DNA of 29,452 bases from Arcobacter sp. (GTDB taxonomy: Bacteria > Campylobacterota > Campylobacteria > Campylobacterales > Arcobacteraceae), in NCBI GenBank assembly GCA_965662175.1, contig CBFIGT010000015.1, positions 1 to 29,452 of the forward strand, in the 5' to 3' direction. Position 1 is the first letter of the stretch. The number at the start of each line of letters is the position of its first letter. The notes under the pieces were generated by a model. The model searched no databases. It saw only the letters and a list, made by a program, of their open reading frames with translations, and had not been told where the DNA came from. Positions 1 through 9,003 of this stretch are shown piece after piece. The position numbers were made by a program, and so were the translations under genes.

Positions 1-921
1 ATGGTGTTGGCACCCCTTGCTGGATATACTGACTTACCTTTCCGTGCTGTTGTTAAAAAGTTTGGGGCTGATTTAACAATATCTGAAATGATTTCTTCAA
101 ATGCCTTAGTTTATAAATCTCAAAAAACAATTAAAATGATTGAAAAATCGCCCTCAGAAGATCCATATTTTGTACAAATTGCAGGAAATAAACCTGAGCT
201 TGTTCGTGATGCTGTTGAGATATTAAATGATATGGAAGGTATTGATGGGATTGATTTAAACTGTGGTTGTCCTGCACCTAAAGTATTTTCCCATGGTAGT
301 GGTTCAAATCTTCTTGGTGATTTAAAAAAGCTTGAGTCTATTTTAAGTACTGTTAAAAAATATAATAAAAAACTTTATACTACAGCAAAAGTAAGAATTG
401 GGGTTAATGAAAAAATTCCAGTTGATATTGCAAAAGCAGTTGAGGCTTGTGGTGTTGATTTTATCTCTGTTCATGGAAGAACTCGTGCTGGAAAATATAA
501 AGCTCCCGTTGATTATGATGCAATAAAAGCTATGAAAGAGGCTGTTTCAATTCCTGTAATAGCAAATGGTGATATTAAAGATTATAATAAAGCAAAAGAG
601 GTTTTAGAGTATACAAAAGCTGATGGTGTAATGATTGGACGTGGTGCTATTGGTAAACCTTGGGTTTTTTATCAACTAAAACATGGTGTTGAAGATATAA
701 GTGAAGAGATTAAAAGAGCGATTATTTTAGAGCATTATGACGAGGTTTTAAAATTTCATGGTGAACATGGTGCTATTATGTTTAGAAAACTGCTTCACTC
801 ATATTCAAAGGGTTATAGCGGTGCTTCTGAGTTTAGAGATATTATAAATACTATAAAAGACCCGCAAATAATGCGTGATATTATAGAGACTTTTTTTACA
901 TCAAACACAATTCAAAATTAA
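1..921 (+). CDS. dusB: tRNA-dihydrouridine synthase (DusB-like); true start may lie just upstream of the window
   Basis: LAPLAG N-terminal motif, IDLNCGCP catalytic motif, VHGRT, IANGDI and GVMIGRGA FMN-barrel motifs. Confidence 0.9.
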   Translation: MVLAPLAGYTDLPFRAVVKKFGADLTISEMISSNALVYKSQKTIKMIEKSPSEDPYFVQIAGNKPELVRDAVEILNDMEGIDGIDLNCGCPAPKVFSHGSGSNLLGDLKKLESILSTVKKYNKKLYTTAKVRIGVNEKIPVDIAKAVEACGVDFISVHGRTRAGKYKAPVDYDAIKAMKEAVSIPVIANGDIKDYNKAKEVLEYTKADGVMIGRGAIGKPWVFYQLKHGVEDISEEIKRAIILEHYDEVLKFHGEHGAIMFRKLLHSYSKGYSGASEFRDIINTIKDPQIMRDIIETFFTSNTIQN

Positions 922-964
922 TATTTAAAAAATTAATTTTATTCATATTTTATTAATATAGTTT

Positions 965-973
965 TGATAAAAT
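965..973 (+). promoter_or_regulatory. Putative extended -10 promoter (TGaTAAAAT) for prmA-ftsH-psd
   Basis: TGATAAAAT about 27 nt upstream of the TTG start, with AAGG Shine-Dalgarno before 1000. Confidence 0.45.
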
Positions 974-999
974 AATATACTTTTATTAAAAGGTTTACA

Positions 1000-1812
1000 T
1001 TGAAAGAATTTTACTATGAATTAGTAATAGAGCCTGAGGGCTCAGAAGAGATTTTCGTTGATTTATTAGATACTATTACACAAAGTGCAATAGAGTTTAG
1101 TGATGGAAAACTAATCTCAAGAAGTGAAGAAAATTTAGAAGATGTTGAATCTGGAGTTTTAGAGTTTGCAAAAGCTTTAAACATCAATTGTAAAACCTCT
1201 TTAGAGAAGAAAAAAAATGAGGACTGGATAAAAATATATCAAGATTCAGTAAAAGCTATTGAAGTTGGTAAGTTTTTTATTAGACCATCATGGTGTGAAA
1301 AAAAAGATGATAAATTAGATATTATTATAAATCCTGCCTTATCTTTTGGTTCAGGACATCACGAAACAACAAACTCTTGTTTGGAGGCTATTTCAAAATA
1401 TGTAAATAGTAATCAAGAAGTAATTGATGTTGGTTGTGGAAGTGGGATTTTATCTATTGCTGCTAGTAAGCTAGGGGCAAAAGTTGATATTTGTGATACA
1501 GACGAGGTTTGTATAACAGACTCTATTTCAAATTTTGAACTAAATAGTGTAAAATTTGAAAACTCTTGGGTTGGAAGTGCTTCAAAGTCTGGGAAAGAAT
1601 ATGATGTAGTAATTGCAAATATTGTTGCTGATGTTTTAGTTATGATTCACAAAGAGTTGAAAAAGTGCTTAAAAGATGGTGCTACACTAATAATATCAGG
1701 TATTTTAGATAAGCATTTAAATAGAGTTTTGAAAAAATTTGAAGATTTAAATAAAATAGAGGTAATCCAAAAAAATGAATGGGTTACAGTTGTTCTAAAA
1801 AAAGGAGCTTAA
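1000..1812 (+). CDS. prmA: Ribosomal protein L11 methyltransferase
   Basis: PALSFGSGHHETT and DVGCGSGILSI SAM-binding motifs, ANI motif; TTG start; adjacent to ftsH. Confidence 0.95.
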   Translation: MKEFYYELVIEPEGSEEIFVDLLDTITQSAIEFSDGKLISRSEENLEDVESGVLEFAKALNINCKTSLEKKKNEDWIKIYQDSVKAIEVGKFFIRPSWCEKKDDKLDIIINPALSFGSGHHETTNSCLEAISKYVNSNQEVIDVGCGSGILSIAASKLGAKVDICDTDEVCITDSISNFELNSVKFENSWVGSASKSGKEYDVVIANIVADVLVMIHKELKKCLKDGATLIISGILDKHLNRVLKKFEDLNKIEVIQKNEWVTVVLKKGA

Positions 1813-1813
1813 T

Positions 1814-3850
1814 TTGATGAAGAACAAGAAGAATAGACAAGATAATAACAATAATAACAATAACAACAACAATAATTTTTTTAATAATAATCCATTATTG
1901 GTTTTTGTACTATTTTCAGTTATTACAATAATGGCATTTAAGGCATTATTCCCAGAAGAACAAGCTGGTATGGGGCAAAATACTCAAGCTTATGGACAAA
2001 CAAAAAATAAAACAATTCCATATTCTGATTTAAAAAGATTAATTACATCTGGAAAAATAGAGTATGTTGGAATTGGTAATACAAATGTAAGAGCTGTAAG
2101 TAAATCAAATGGTATGGAAGTTGTAACTTATACAGCAAGAAGAGTAATTCCTGATGATACATTAATTCCTTCACTTGAAGCAAATGGAATTGCATATGGT
2201 GGAGTAAATGAAGAGAATGTTTTAGCTGATATTCTTTTTGGATGGATTTTACCAATATTTATCTTTTTTGCTATTTGGATGTTTTTGGCTAAAAGAATGT
2301 CAAAATCTATGGGTGGTGGTTCAGGAGGAATTCTTGGAATTGGGTCATCTAAAAAGATGATAAACTCTGAAAAACCAAATGTAAAATTTGAAGATATGGC
2401 TGGAAATAAAGAGGCTAAAGAGGAAGTTCAAGAAGTTGTTGATTTCTTGAAAGACCCAGAAAGATATGTAAAACTTGGAGCTCAAATTCCAAAAGGTGTA
2501 CTACTAGTAGGACCTCCAGGAACTGGTAAAACGCTACTTGCAAAAGCAGTTGCAGGTGAAGCTGATGTTGAGTTTTTATCTGTATCGGGTTCTGCATTTA
2601 TTGAAATGTTTGTTGGTGTTGGAGCTTCTAGAGTAAGAGATTTATTTGAACAAGCTAAAAAAGTAGCACCTGCTATTATATTTATTGATGAGATTGATGC
2701 TATTGGTAAATCTAGAGCAAGTGGTGGTCCAATGGGTGGAAATGATGAGAGAGAACAGACTCTAAATCAACTTTTAGCTGAAATGGATGGATTTGCTACT
2801 GAGAGTGCGCCTGTTATTGTATTAGCTGCAACTAATAGACCTGAGGTACTTGACCCAGCTCTTTTAAGACCAGGAAGATTTGATAGACAAGTTTTAGTTG
2901 ATAAACCTGATTTTGAGGGTAGAAAAGAGATTTTAAATGTACATATTAAAAATGTAAAAATTGGAAAAGATGTAGATTTAGTTGAAGTAGCTAGAATGAC
3001 AGCAGGTCTTGCAGGTGCTGATTTAGCAAATATCGTAAATGAAGCAGCGCTTTTAGCTGGACGAGCTAAAAAAGATGAAGTTAATTATGTAGATTTTAAA
3101 GAAGCAGTTGAGAGACAAATTGCTGGACTTGAAAAGAAATCTAGAAGAATTTCTCCAAAAGAGAGAAAAATTGTGGCTTATCACGAATCAGGACATGCTG
3201 TTATTGCTGAAATCACAAAAGGTGCTAAAAAAGTAAATAAAGTATCTATTGTGCCAAGAGGACTAGCTGCTTTAGGATATACTTTAAATACTCCTGAAGA
3301 GAACAAATATTTAATGCAAAAACATGAGCTTATTGCTGAAGTTGATGTATTACTTGGAGGTCGAGCTGCTGAAGAGGTATTTATAGGTGAGATAAGTACA
3401 GGAGCTGGAAATGACTTAGAGAGAGCTACTGATATTATAAAATCAATGGCTACAATTTATGGTATGAGTGATATAGCTGGACTTATGGTTTTAGAAAAAA
3501 GAACTAATCAGTTTTTAGGCGGTCAATCACAAAAAGACTTCTCTGATAATATGGCAAAAGGTCTTGATGAGCATATAAAAAATATGTTAAATGAGAGATA
3601 TAAAGAAGTACTTGAGTCTTTAAGAAACAATAAAGAAGCAATTGAAGAGATGACTCAAGAGTTACTTGATATTGAAGTTATTACAGGAGCTAGAGTTAGA
3701 GAGATTATCAAAGCTCATGGTGGAGTTGTTTTTGAAGATGAAGATTTACATTCAGAAGCTGTTAATGATTCTAATGAGAAAAAGAGTGAAGCTAAAACTG
3801 ATGAGACTGATAAAAAAATAGAAGAGGAAAATAAAAAAGATGATGAATAA
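1814..3850 (+). CDS. ftsH: ATP-dependent zinc metalloprotease FtsH (start 1814 TTG or 1817 ATG)
   Basis: Two TM segments, Walker A GPPGTGKT, Walker B IIFIDEID, SRH ATNRPEVLDPALLRPGRFDR, HESGH Zn motif. Confidence 0.98.
   Translation: MMKNKKNRQDNNNNNNNNNNNFFNNNPLLVFVLFSVITIMAFKALFPEEQAGMGQNTQAYGQTKNKTIPYSDLKRLITSGKIEYVGIGNTNVRAVSKSNGMEVVTYTARRVIPDDTLIPSLEANGIAYGGVNEENVLADILFGWILPIFIFFAIWMFLAKRMSKSMGGGSGGILGIGSSKKMINSEKPNVKFEDMAGNKEAKEEVQEVVDFLKDPERYVKLGAQIPKGVLLVGPPGTGKTLLAKAVAGEADVEFLSVSGSAFIEMFVGVGASRVRDLFEQAKKVAPAIIFIDEIDAIGKSRASGGPMGGNDEREQTLNQLLAEMDGFATESAPVIVLAATNRPEVLDPALLRPGRFDRQVLVDKPDFEGRKEILNVHIKNVKIGKDVDLVEVARMTAGLAGADLANIVNEAALLAGRAKKDEVNYVDFKEAVERQIAGLEKKSRRISPKERKIVAYHESGHAVIAEITKGAKKVNKVSIVPRGLAALGYTLNTPEENKYLMQKHELIAEVDVLLGGRAAEEVFIGEISTGAGNDLERATDIIKSMATIYGMSDIAGLMVLEKRTNQFLGGQSQKDFSDNMAKGLDEHIKNMLNERYKEVLESLRNNKEAIEEMTQELLDIEVITGARVREIIKAHGGVVFEDEDLHSEAVNDSNEKKSEAKTDETDKKIEEENKKDDE
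1844..1876 (+). repeat. (AAY)11 trinucleotide tract encoding poly-Asn in the FtsH N-terminus
   Basis: aat aac aat aat aac aat aac aac aac aat aat read directly from the sequence. Confidence 0.9.
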
Positions 3851-4415
3851 TTTTATAGCAAAAGAGGGACTTAAATCTATTTATATCTCTTTTGCTGCTA
3901 CTATATTTTCATTTTTATTTTTGTGTAATTTTATAACTACAGTTTTACTTTTACTTACTTTATTTTTAGTATATATTTATAGAAATAATTTAACAAGTAA
4001 AAGCTCTACTGATGCTTTAGTATCAATAATTGATGGTAAGGTATTTGCTATTGATAAGAGTAAAGAGAACACTTCTATTTATATAGAGGTGGGACTTTTA
4101 GATTCTCATATATTAATTGCACCAAAAGATGCAAGTTTTAAAAAAGTTTATCAAAAACATGGATTAAATCTATCTCAATTTTCATATAAAGCAAAAGAGT
4201 TAAATAGTAAAACTATTTTATCTTTTGATGATATAAGTGTTGAATTATATGAGGGAAGATTTAATATTTCTCACGATTTTATTGATAATTGTGATGTTAA
4301 ACAGTATGATAAAATTGGTTTATTTATTGATGGTATTGTAAAAATAGTTGTTCCATCATCAACTAATATATCTTTAAAACTAGGACAAAAGCTAAAAGCA
4401 GGTGAAACTTTATAA
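3840..4415 (+). CDS. Phosphatidylserine decarboxylase-related membrane protein, divergent and probably non-catalytic
   Basis: IAKEG N-terminus plus TM hairpin, SIIDGKV (cf. SPADGKV), LLDSHILIAP (cf. NVHVNRAP), C-terminal GQKLKAGETL; follows ftsH as in Campylobacter; FGS/LGST self-cleavage motif not visible. Confidence 0.7.
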   Translation: MMNNFIAKEGLKSIYISFAATIFSFLFLCNFITTVLLLLTLFLVYIYRNNLTSKSSTDALVSIIDGKVFAIDKSKENTSIYIEVGLLDSHILIAPKDASFKKVYQKHGLNLSQFSYKAKELNSKTILSFDDISVELYEGRFNISHDFIDNCDVKQYDKIGLFIDGIVKIVVPSSTNISLKLGQKLKAGETL

Positions 4416-4429
4416 ATTTAAAGTTTTAC

Positions 4430-4458
4430 TTGACAAATATATTTTAATAACATATAAT
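4430..4458 (+). promoter_or_regulatory. Consensus sigma70 promoter for the leu leader
   Basis: TTGACA (4430-4435), 17-nt spacer, TATAAT (4453-4458): perfect consensus. Confidence 0.8.
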
Positions 4459-4488
4459 TGTTCACTTAAATTCACAGGAGAGTACAAA

Positions 4489-4566
4489 ATGAAAATCTTT
4501 GATTTTTTTAATAATCATTTTATTAAAAGTGTTAACACTCTTCTTCTGCTTAAAAAATTCCTCTAA
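4489..4566 (+). CDS. Putative leucine leader peptide (LeuL-like), MKIFDFFNNHFIKSVNTLLLLKKFL
   Basis: AGGAG SD at 4476-4480, ATG at 4489, tandem CTT CTT CTG CTT at 4540-4551, TAA at 4564-4566; lies directly upstream of leuA. Confidence 0.75.
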   Translation: MKIFDFFNNHFIKSVNTLLLLKKFL

Positions 4567-4628
4567 TACACAAAATTAGATTCAAAAATAAATTCTCAAG
4601 TTTAAAGTTTTTCTTTTATTAAAAAAAA

Positions 4629-4636
4629 GATATAAT
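4629..4636 (+). promoter_or_regulatory. Possible second, leuA-proximal -10 element (gaTATAAT)
   Basis: TATAAT at 4631-4636 with upstream T-tracts, 25 nt before the leuA ATG. Confidence 0.45.
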
Positions 4637-4661
4637 ACGCCCAATTTACAAAGGTTACACA

Positions 4662-6215
4662 ATGGATAAAAATAGAATTATTGTATTTGATACAACATTA
4701 AGAGATGGAGAGCAAAGTCCTGGATGTTCTATGAACACTGATGAAAAAATCAAGGTTGCTTTACAATTAGAAAAATTAGGAGTTGATGTTATAGAAGCTG
4801 GATTTGCTGCTGCATCACCTGGAGATTTTGATGCTGTTTCTAGAATTGCTGAAGTTGTTAAAAATTCAAGTATTTGTTCTTTAAGTAGAGCTATTGAAAA
4901 TGATATTAAACAATCAGGATTAGCAGTTGGAAAAGCAGCTAAACATAGAATTCATACATTTATTGCAACAAGTCCTATTCATATGAAGTATAAGTTAAAA
5001 ATGAGTGAAGATGAAGTTATTAAAAGAGCAATTCATGCTGTTGAGTATGCAAAAACATTTGTTGATGATGTTGAGTTTTCTTTAGAAGATGCAGGAAGAA
5101 GTGAAATCTCTTTTATGAAAGAGGTTATGGATGCTGTAATAGGAGCAGGTGCACGAACTATTAATTTACCTGATACAGTTGGATATAGATTACCAACTGA
5201 ATTAGGTGCAATGGTTAAAGAGTTAAGCGATTATGCAGGAGATAGAGCAATAATTTCTGTACACAATCACAATGACTTAGGATTAGCAACTGCAAATACT
5301 TTAGCTGCTGTTTTAAATGGTGCTAGACAAATTGAAGTTACAATCAATGGTTTAGGTGAGAGAGCTGGAAATTCAGCTTTAGAAGAGGCTGTTATGGCTA
5401 TAAAAACTAGAAAAGATGCTTTTGGCGAGTTATATACAGGTATTAATACAAAAGAGATTTATGCAACATCTAGATTAGTAGCTACTATTACAGGGGTTGA
5501 GCCACAACAAAATAAATCAATTGTAGGTAAAAATGCATTTTCACATGAGAGTGGAATTCACCAAGATGGTGTTTTAAAACATCAAGAGACTTATGAGATT
5601 ATGAAGCCTGAGGATGTTGGTGTTTACAAAGATAGTACTTTGATTTTAGGTAAACACTCAGGTCGTGCTGCATTTAGAGATAAAATTGAGCACTTAGGTT
5701 TTGATAAAATTTCTGATACTGAGTTAAATACTGCATTTGAAAGATTTAAAATCTTAGCTGATAAGAAAAAAGATGTAACTGATGATGATATTAGAATGTT
5801 AATTACCGATGAAGCATTAAATCATGACAAAACTTATGAGTTAGTTGGATTACAAATTTCTGATTGTTCAGCTGGAACTCCTATGGCATCTGTATCTATT
5901 AAGTATAAAGATGAAGTTATGACAGAGGCAAATATAGGAAATGGTACTATGGATGCTATTTTTAAAACTATTGATAGACTTACAGGTTTTACAGGTGAAT
6001 TACAAAGTTATAATGTAACATCTGTAACTGAAGGAAAAGATGCTTTAGCAAAAGTTACAACTAGAGTAGTTTTTGATGATAGTTCACCATCATTTGTGGG
6101 ACATGGATTAAGTATAGATACTATGCTTGCAACTGCAAAAGCATATTTAGGTGCTTTAAACTCTTATCTTTCTCAAAAAGAGAGACTTTCAAAAAAATCT
6201 GAACACCAGGTTTAA
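4662..6215 (+). CDS. leuA: 2-isopropylmalate synthase
   Basis: [21 protein letters not shown] and HESGIHQDG motifs plus the C-terminal Leu-binding regulatory domain. Confidence 0.97.
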   Translation: MDKNRIIVFDTTLRDGEQSPGCSMNTDEKIKVALQLEKLGVDVIEAGFAAASPGDFDAVSRIAEVVKNSSICSLSRAIENDIKQSGLAVGKAAKHRIHTFIATSPIHMKYKLKMSEDEVIKRAIHAVEYAKTFVDDVEFSLEDAGRSEISFMKEVMDAVIGAGARTINLPDTVGYRLPTELGAMVKELSDYAGDRAIISVHNHNDLGLATANTLAAVLNGARQIEVTINGLGERAGNSALEEAVMAIKTRKDAFGELYTGINTKEIYATSRLVATITGVEPQQNKSIVGKNAFSHESGIHQDGVLKHQETYEIMKPEDVGVYKDSTLILGKHSGRAAFRDKIEHLGFDKISDTELNTAFERFKILADKKKDVTDDDIRMLITDEALNHDKTYELVGLQISDCSAGTPMASVSIKYKDEVMTEANIGNGTMDAIFKTIDRLTGFTGELQSYNVTSVTEGKDALAKVTTRVVFDDSSPSFVGHGLSIDTMLATAKAYLGALNSYLSQKERLSKKSEHQV

Positions 6216-6287
6216 AACTCTTAAAACTCTTCTTTTGTATTTTTTAGATATTATATAATAATTTAAAAGAAGAGGGGTTTTGAGACT

Positions 6288-8267
6288 ATGATGCAATTTA
6301 ATTTCTTTTTAAAACTTTTAAAAGATTCATTTAGGGATTTATTACCAATAATACTAGTTATTCTATTTTTTCAACTAGCAATTATTCAAGCTGTCCCTGA
6401 GGGTTGGGTTTCAACTGCTATTGGATTAATAATAGTTGGAGTTGGTTTAGCAATCTTTTTACAAGGTTTAGAAATAGGTATATTCCCGGTTGGTGAGGGC
6501 TTAGCTAGGGATTTTGCAAAATCAGGAAAAAATGTATGGATAATGGTATTTGCCTTTTTAATAGGTTTTGGTACTACTATTGCAGAACCAGCACTTGCTG
6601 TTATTGCTGATAAAGCAGCTTCTATTTCAAGTGGAAGAATTGATGCAACTATTTTAAGACTTGTTGTTGCAGGTTCTGTTGGTTTTGCTATTTTATTGGG
6701 TGTTTATAGAATTATAAAAGGTCATCCAATTCATTACTATATTATTGCTGGATATATTCTAGTAGTAAGTGTTACTTTTTTTGCTCCACAAGAGATTATT
6801 GGACTTGCTTATGATTTAGGTGGAGTTACAACATCAACTGTTACAGTTCCACTTGTAGCAGCTCTTGGAATTGGATTAGCTTCAAATATAAAAGGAAGAA
6901 ACCCTGTAATTGATGGTTTTGGACTTATCGCATTTGCTTCATTAACTCCTATGATTTTTGTTCAAGTTTATGGAATTGCTGTATATAATTTAGTTGATGC
7001 AAAAGAGGTTGCTGGAATTATATTAGATGCATCTGTTTCAGTTCCAACTGAAATAACAGCTGAATCAATAATGAAAGGGATGTTTGCCGTAGTTAAAGAT
7101 GTGGCTCCTATTTTACTTATTATTCTATTCTTTCAATATGGTGTAATTAAAAAAAGTATCCAAAATATTAAAACAGTATTTTTAGGTTTTGCTCTTGTTA
7201 TTGTTGGTTTATATGCTTTTATTTTAGGTTTAGAGCTTGGATTATTTTCTCTTGGTGAAACTATGGCTTATCAGCTTACAAAGGGTGATTCTGTATTTGT
7301 AATTTATGCTTTTGCCTTTGCTATTGGATTTTCAACAACCATGGCTGAACCTGCTCTTATGGCTATTGCTAAAAAAGCAAAAGAGATTAGTGATGGTAAG
7401 GTAAATGATTTTGCACTACGATTATTTGTGGCTCTAGGTGTTGCTATTGGTATTGCTTTAGGGGCATTTAGAATTGTTGATGGTGGACATATTCACTACT
7501 ATATTATTGTTGGTTATTTAGTTGTAATTGTTTTAACTTTTATTGCTCCAAAATATATTATTCCAATAGCATATGATAGTGGTGGAGTTACAACATCAAC
7601 TGTAACAGTTCCTTTAGTAGCTGCTCTTGGAATTGGTTTGGCTACAAATATTGAGGGAAGAAGCCCTCTAATTGATGGTTTTGGACTTATTGCTTTTGCA
7701 TCACTATTTCCTATGATTACTGTTATGCTTTATGGTATATTAACAGAAAAACTTGGTGTTAAATCAGATACTGAAATTGAAGCTGAGAATATTTTAAGAG
7801 ATAATTTAGTTGATGCTGAAAATATGGATTTAGCAACTGTTAATATAGATGGAAGTAATAGAAGACACTCTTTACCTATGGATTTTTATGCAGTTGTTAT
7901 AATTGTACCAAAAGATAAAAAAATTGATGCCCTACAAGCTGCCCATAAAGCAGGAGCTTCAGGTGTTACTGTTTTAAGAGCTGATGGTATGGGATTTGGA
8001 AAAATGCATAATTTTTATAGAACATCTTTTGAAGCAAATGATTCATTACTTCTATTTTTATTACCTAATAAAATGGTTAATCCTGTAATAAAATCTATTA
8101 TCCACTCACTTCATATTACAACTGAGGGGAAAGGTATTGCCTTTGCATTTCCTTTAACACATATGAAAGGTATTAGTTTAAGTAGACATGATATTTTTGA
8201 GAATAGAAAAGATCATAAAGATTTTAATAATGAAGAAGAAAATGAAATAAATGAAAAAGATAAATAG
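6288..8267 (+). CDS. Tandem DUF1538 membrane protein fused to a C-terminal PII/GlnB-like domain
   Basis: Two internal repeats, each with TT(I/M)AEPAL, AYDxGGVTTSTVTVPLVAALGIG and DGFGLIAFASL; C-terminal GASGVTVLRADGMG...GKGIAFAFP resembles the PII fold. Confidence 0.85.
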   Translation: MMQFNFFLKLLKDSFRDLLPIILVILFFQLAIIQAVPEGWVSTAIGLIIVGVGLAIFLQGLEIGIFPVGEGLARDFAKSGKNVWIMVFAFLIGFGTTIAEPALAVIADKAASISSGRIDATILRLVVAGSVGFAILLGVYRIIKGHPIHYYIIAGYILVVSVTFFAPQEIIGLAYDLGGVTTSTVTVPLVAALGIGLASNIKGRNPVIDGFGLIAFASLTPMIFVQVYGIAVYNLVDAKEVAGIILDASVSVPTEITAESIMKGMFAVVKDVAPILLIILFFQYGVIKKSIQNIKTVFLGFALVIVGLYAFILGLELGLFSLGETMAYQLTKGDSVFVIYAFAFAIGFSTTMAEPALMAIAKKAKEISDGKVNDFALRLFVALGVAIGIALGAFRIVDGGHIHYYIIVGYLVVIVLTFIAPKYIIPIAYDSGGVTTSTVTVPLVAALGIGLATNIEGRSPLIDGFGLIAFASLFPMITVMLYGILTEKLGVKSDTEIEAENILRDNLVDAENMDLATVNIDGSNRRHSLPMDFYAVVIIVPKDKKIDALQAAHKAGASGVTVLRADGMGFGKMHNFYRTSFEANDSLLLFLLPNKMVNPVIKSIIHSLHITTEGKGIAFAFPLTHMKGISLSRHDIFENRKDHKDFNNEEENEINEKDK

Positions 8268-8583
8268 TTTAATAGAGATTGAAGAGTTAATAAAAAAAGG
8301 TGATGCCTTGATTCTTTATTTCTCTTCTAAAAACTGTTCTGTTTGTTCAGTTTTAAAGCCAAAAATAGAGAGTGAATTATCAAAAGTTTTTCCAAAAATA
8401 GAGTTTTTTGAAATAGATTGTGATAAAAATTTAGATATTTCTTCTAGTTTTGGTGTATATTCAGCAGCAACTATTCTATTTTATTTAGATGGAAAAGAGT
8501 TTTTAAAAGAGGGTAGAAATATAAGTATTAACTCTTTTATAAATAGTATAAAAAGACCTTATGAAATGTTTTATGGAGTTTAG
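8251..8583 (+). CDS. Thioredoxin-family protein
   Basis: 110 aa with CSVC (CxxC) motif in LYFSSKNCSVCSVLKPKI. Confidence 0.8.
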   Translation: MKKINSLIEIEELIKKGDALILYFSSKNCSVCSVLKPKIESELSKVFPKIEFFEIDCDKNLDISSSFGVYSAATILFYLDGKEFLKEGRNISINSFINSIKRPYEMFYGV

Positions 8584-9003
8584 ATGAAAGTTACAATAAT
8601 AGTATTTTTTACAATTTTGCTTTTAATGCAAATTATACAAGTTGAAAAAACAAACCCAAAAAGTGATGGTAGTTTAGAAATAAATGCACCTGTAGAGATA
8701 AAAGAGTTATTTGTAAATGCCTGTTATGATTGTCATTCAAATCAAACAGTTTGGCCCTGGTATAGCTCAATTGCACCGGCTTCTTGGATAATCAAAGGTC
8801 ATGTTGAAGATGGTAGAAGGTCTTTGAACTTTGAAGAGTGGGAAAGCTACAGTGAAAAAGAGAAAAATAAACAATTAAGAGAAATATATAGAACTGTTTA
8901 TGCCTCAATGCCTCCAAAAGATTATATAAGAATGCATGATAAAGCTGATTTAACAAAAGAGCAAAGAGAGCTAATTAGAGAGTGGACGGGAGTTAGAAGA
9001 TAG
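8584..9003 (+). CDS. Haem-binding domain c-type cytochrome (Haem_bd-like)
   Basis: N-terminal signal/TM segment, ACYDCHS, WPWYSSIAPASW, LNFEEW, distal MPP. Confidence 0.85.
   Translation: MKVTIIVFFTILLLMQIIQVEKTNPKSDGSLEINAPVEIKELFVNACYDCHSNQTVWPWYSSIAPASWIIKGHVEDGRRSLNFEEWESYSEKEKNKQLREIYRTVYASMPPKDYIRMHDKADLTKEQRELIREWTGVRR

Noticed and set aside
914..940. aaaattaat/attaatttt inverted repeat over the dusB stop
   Set aside because: A/T-only 9-bp stem that is likely to occur by chance; not counted among the stop-codon hairpins
2043..2597. Two short minus-strand ORFs inside ftsH
   Set aside because: Antisense shadows of a highly conserved gene, with no motifs
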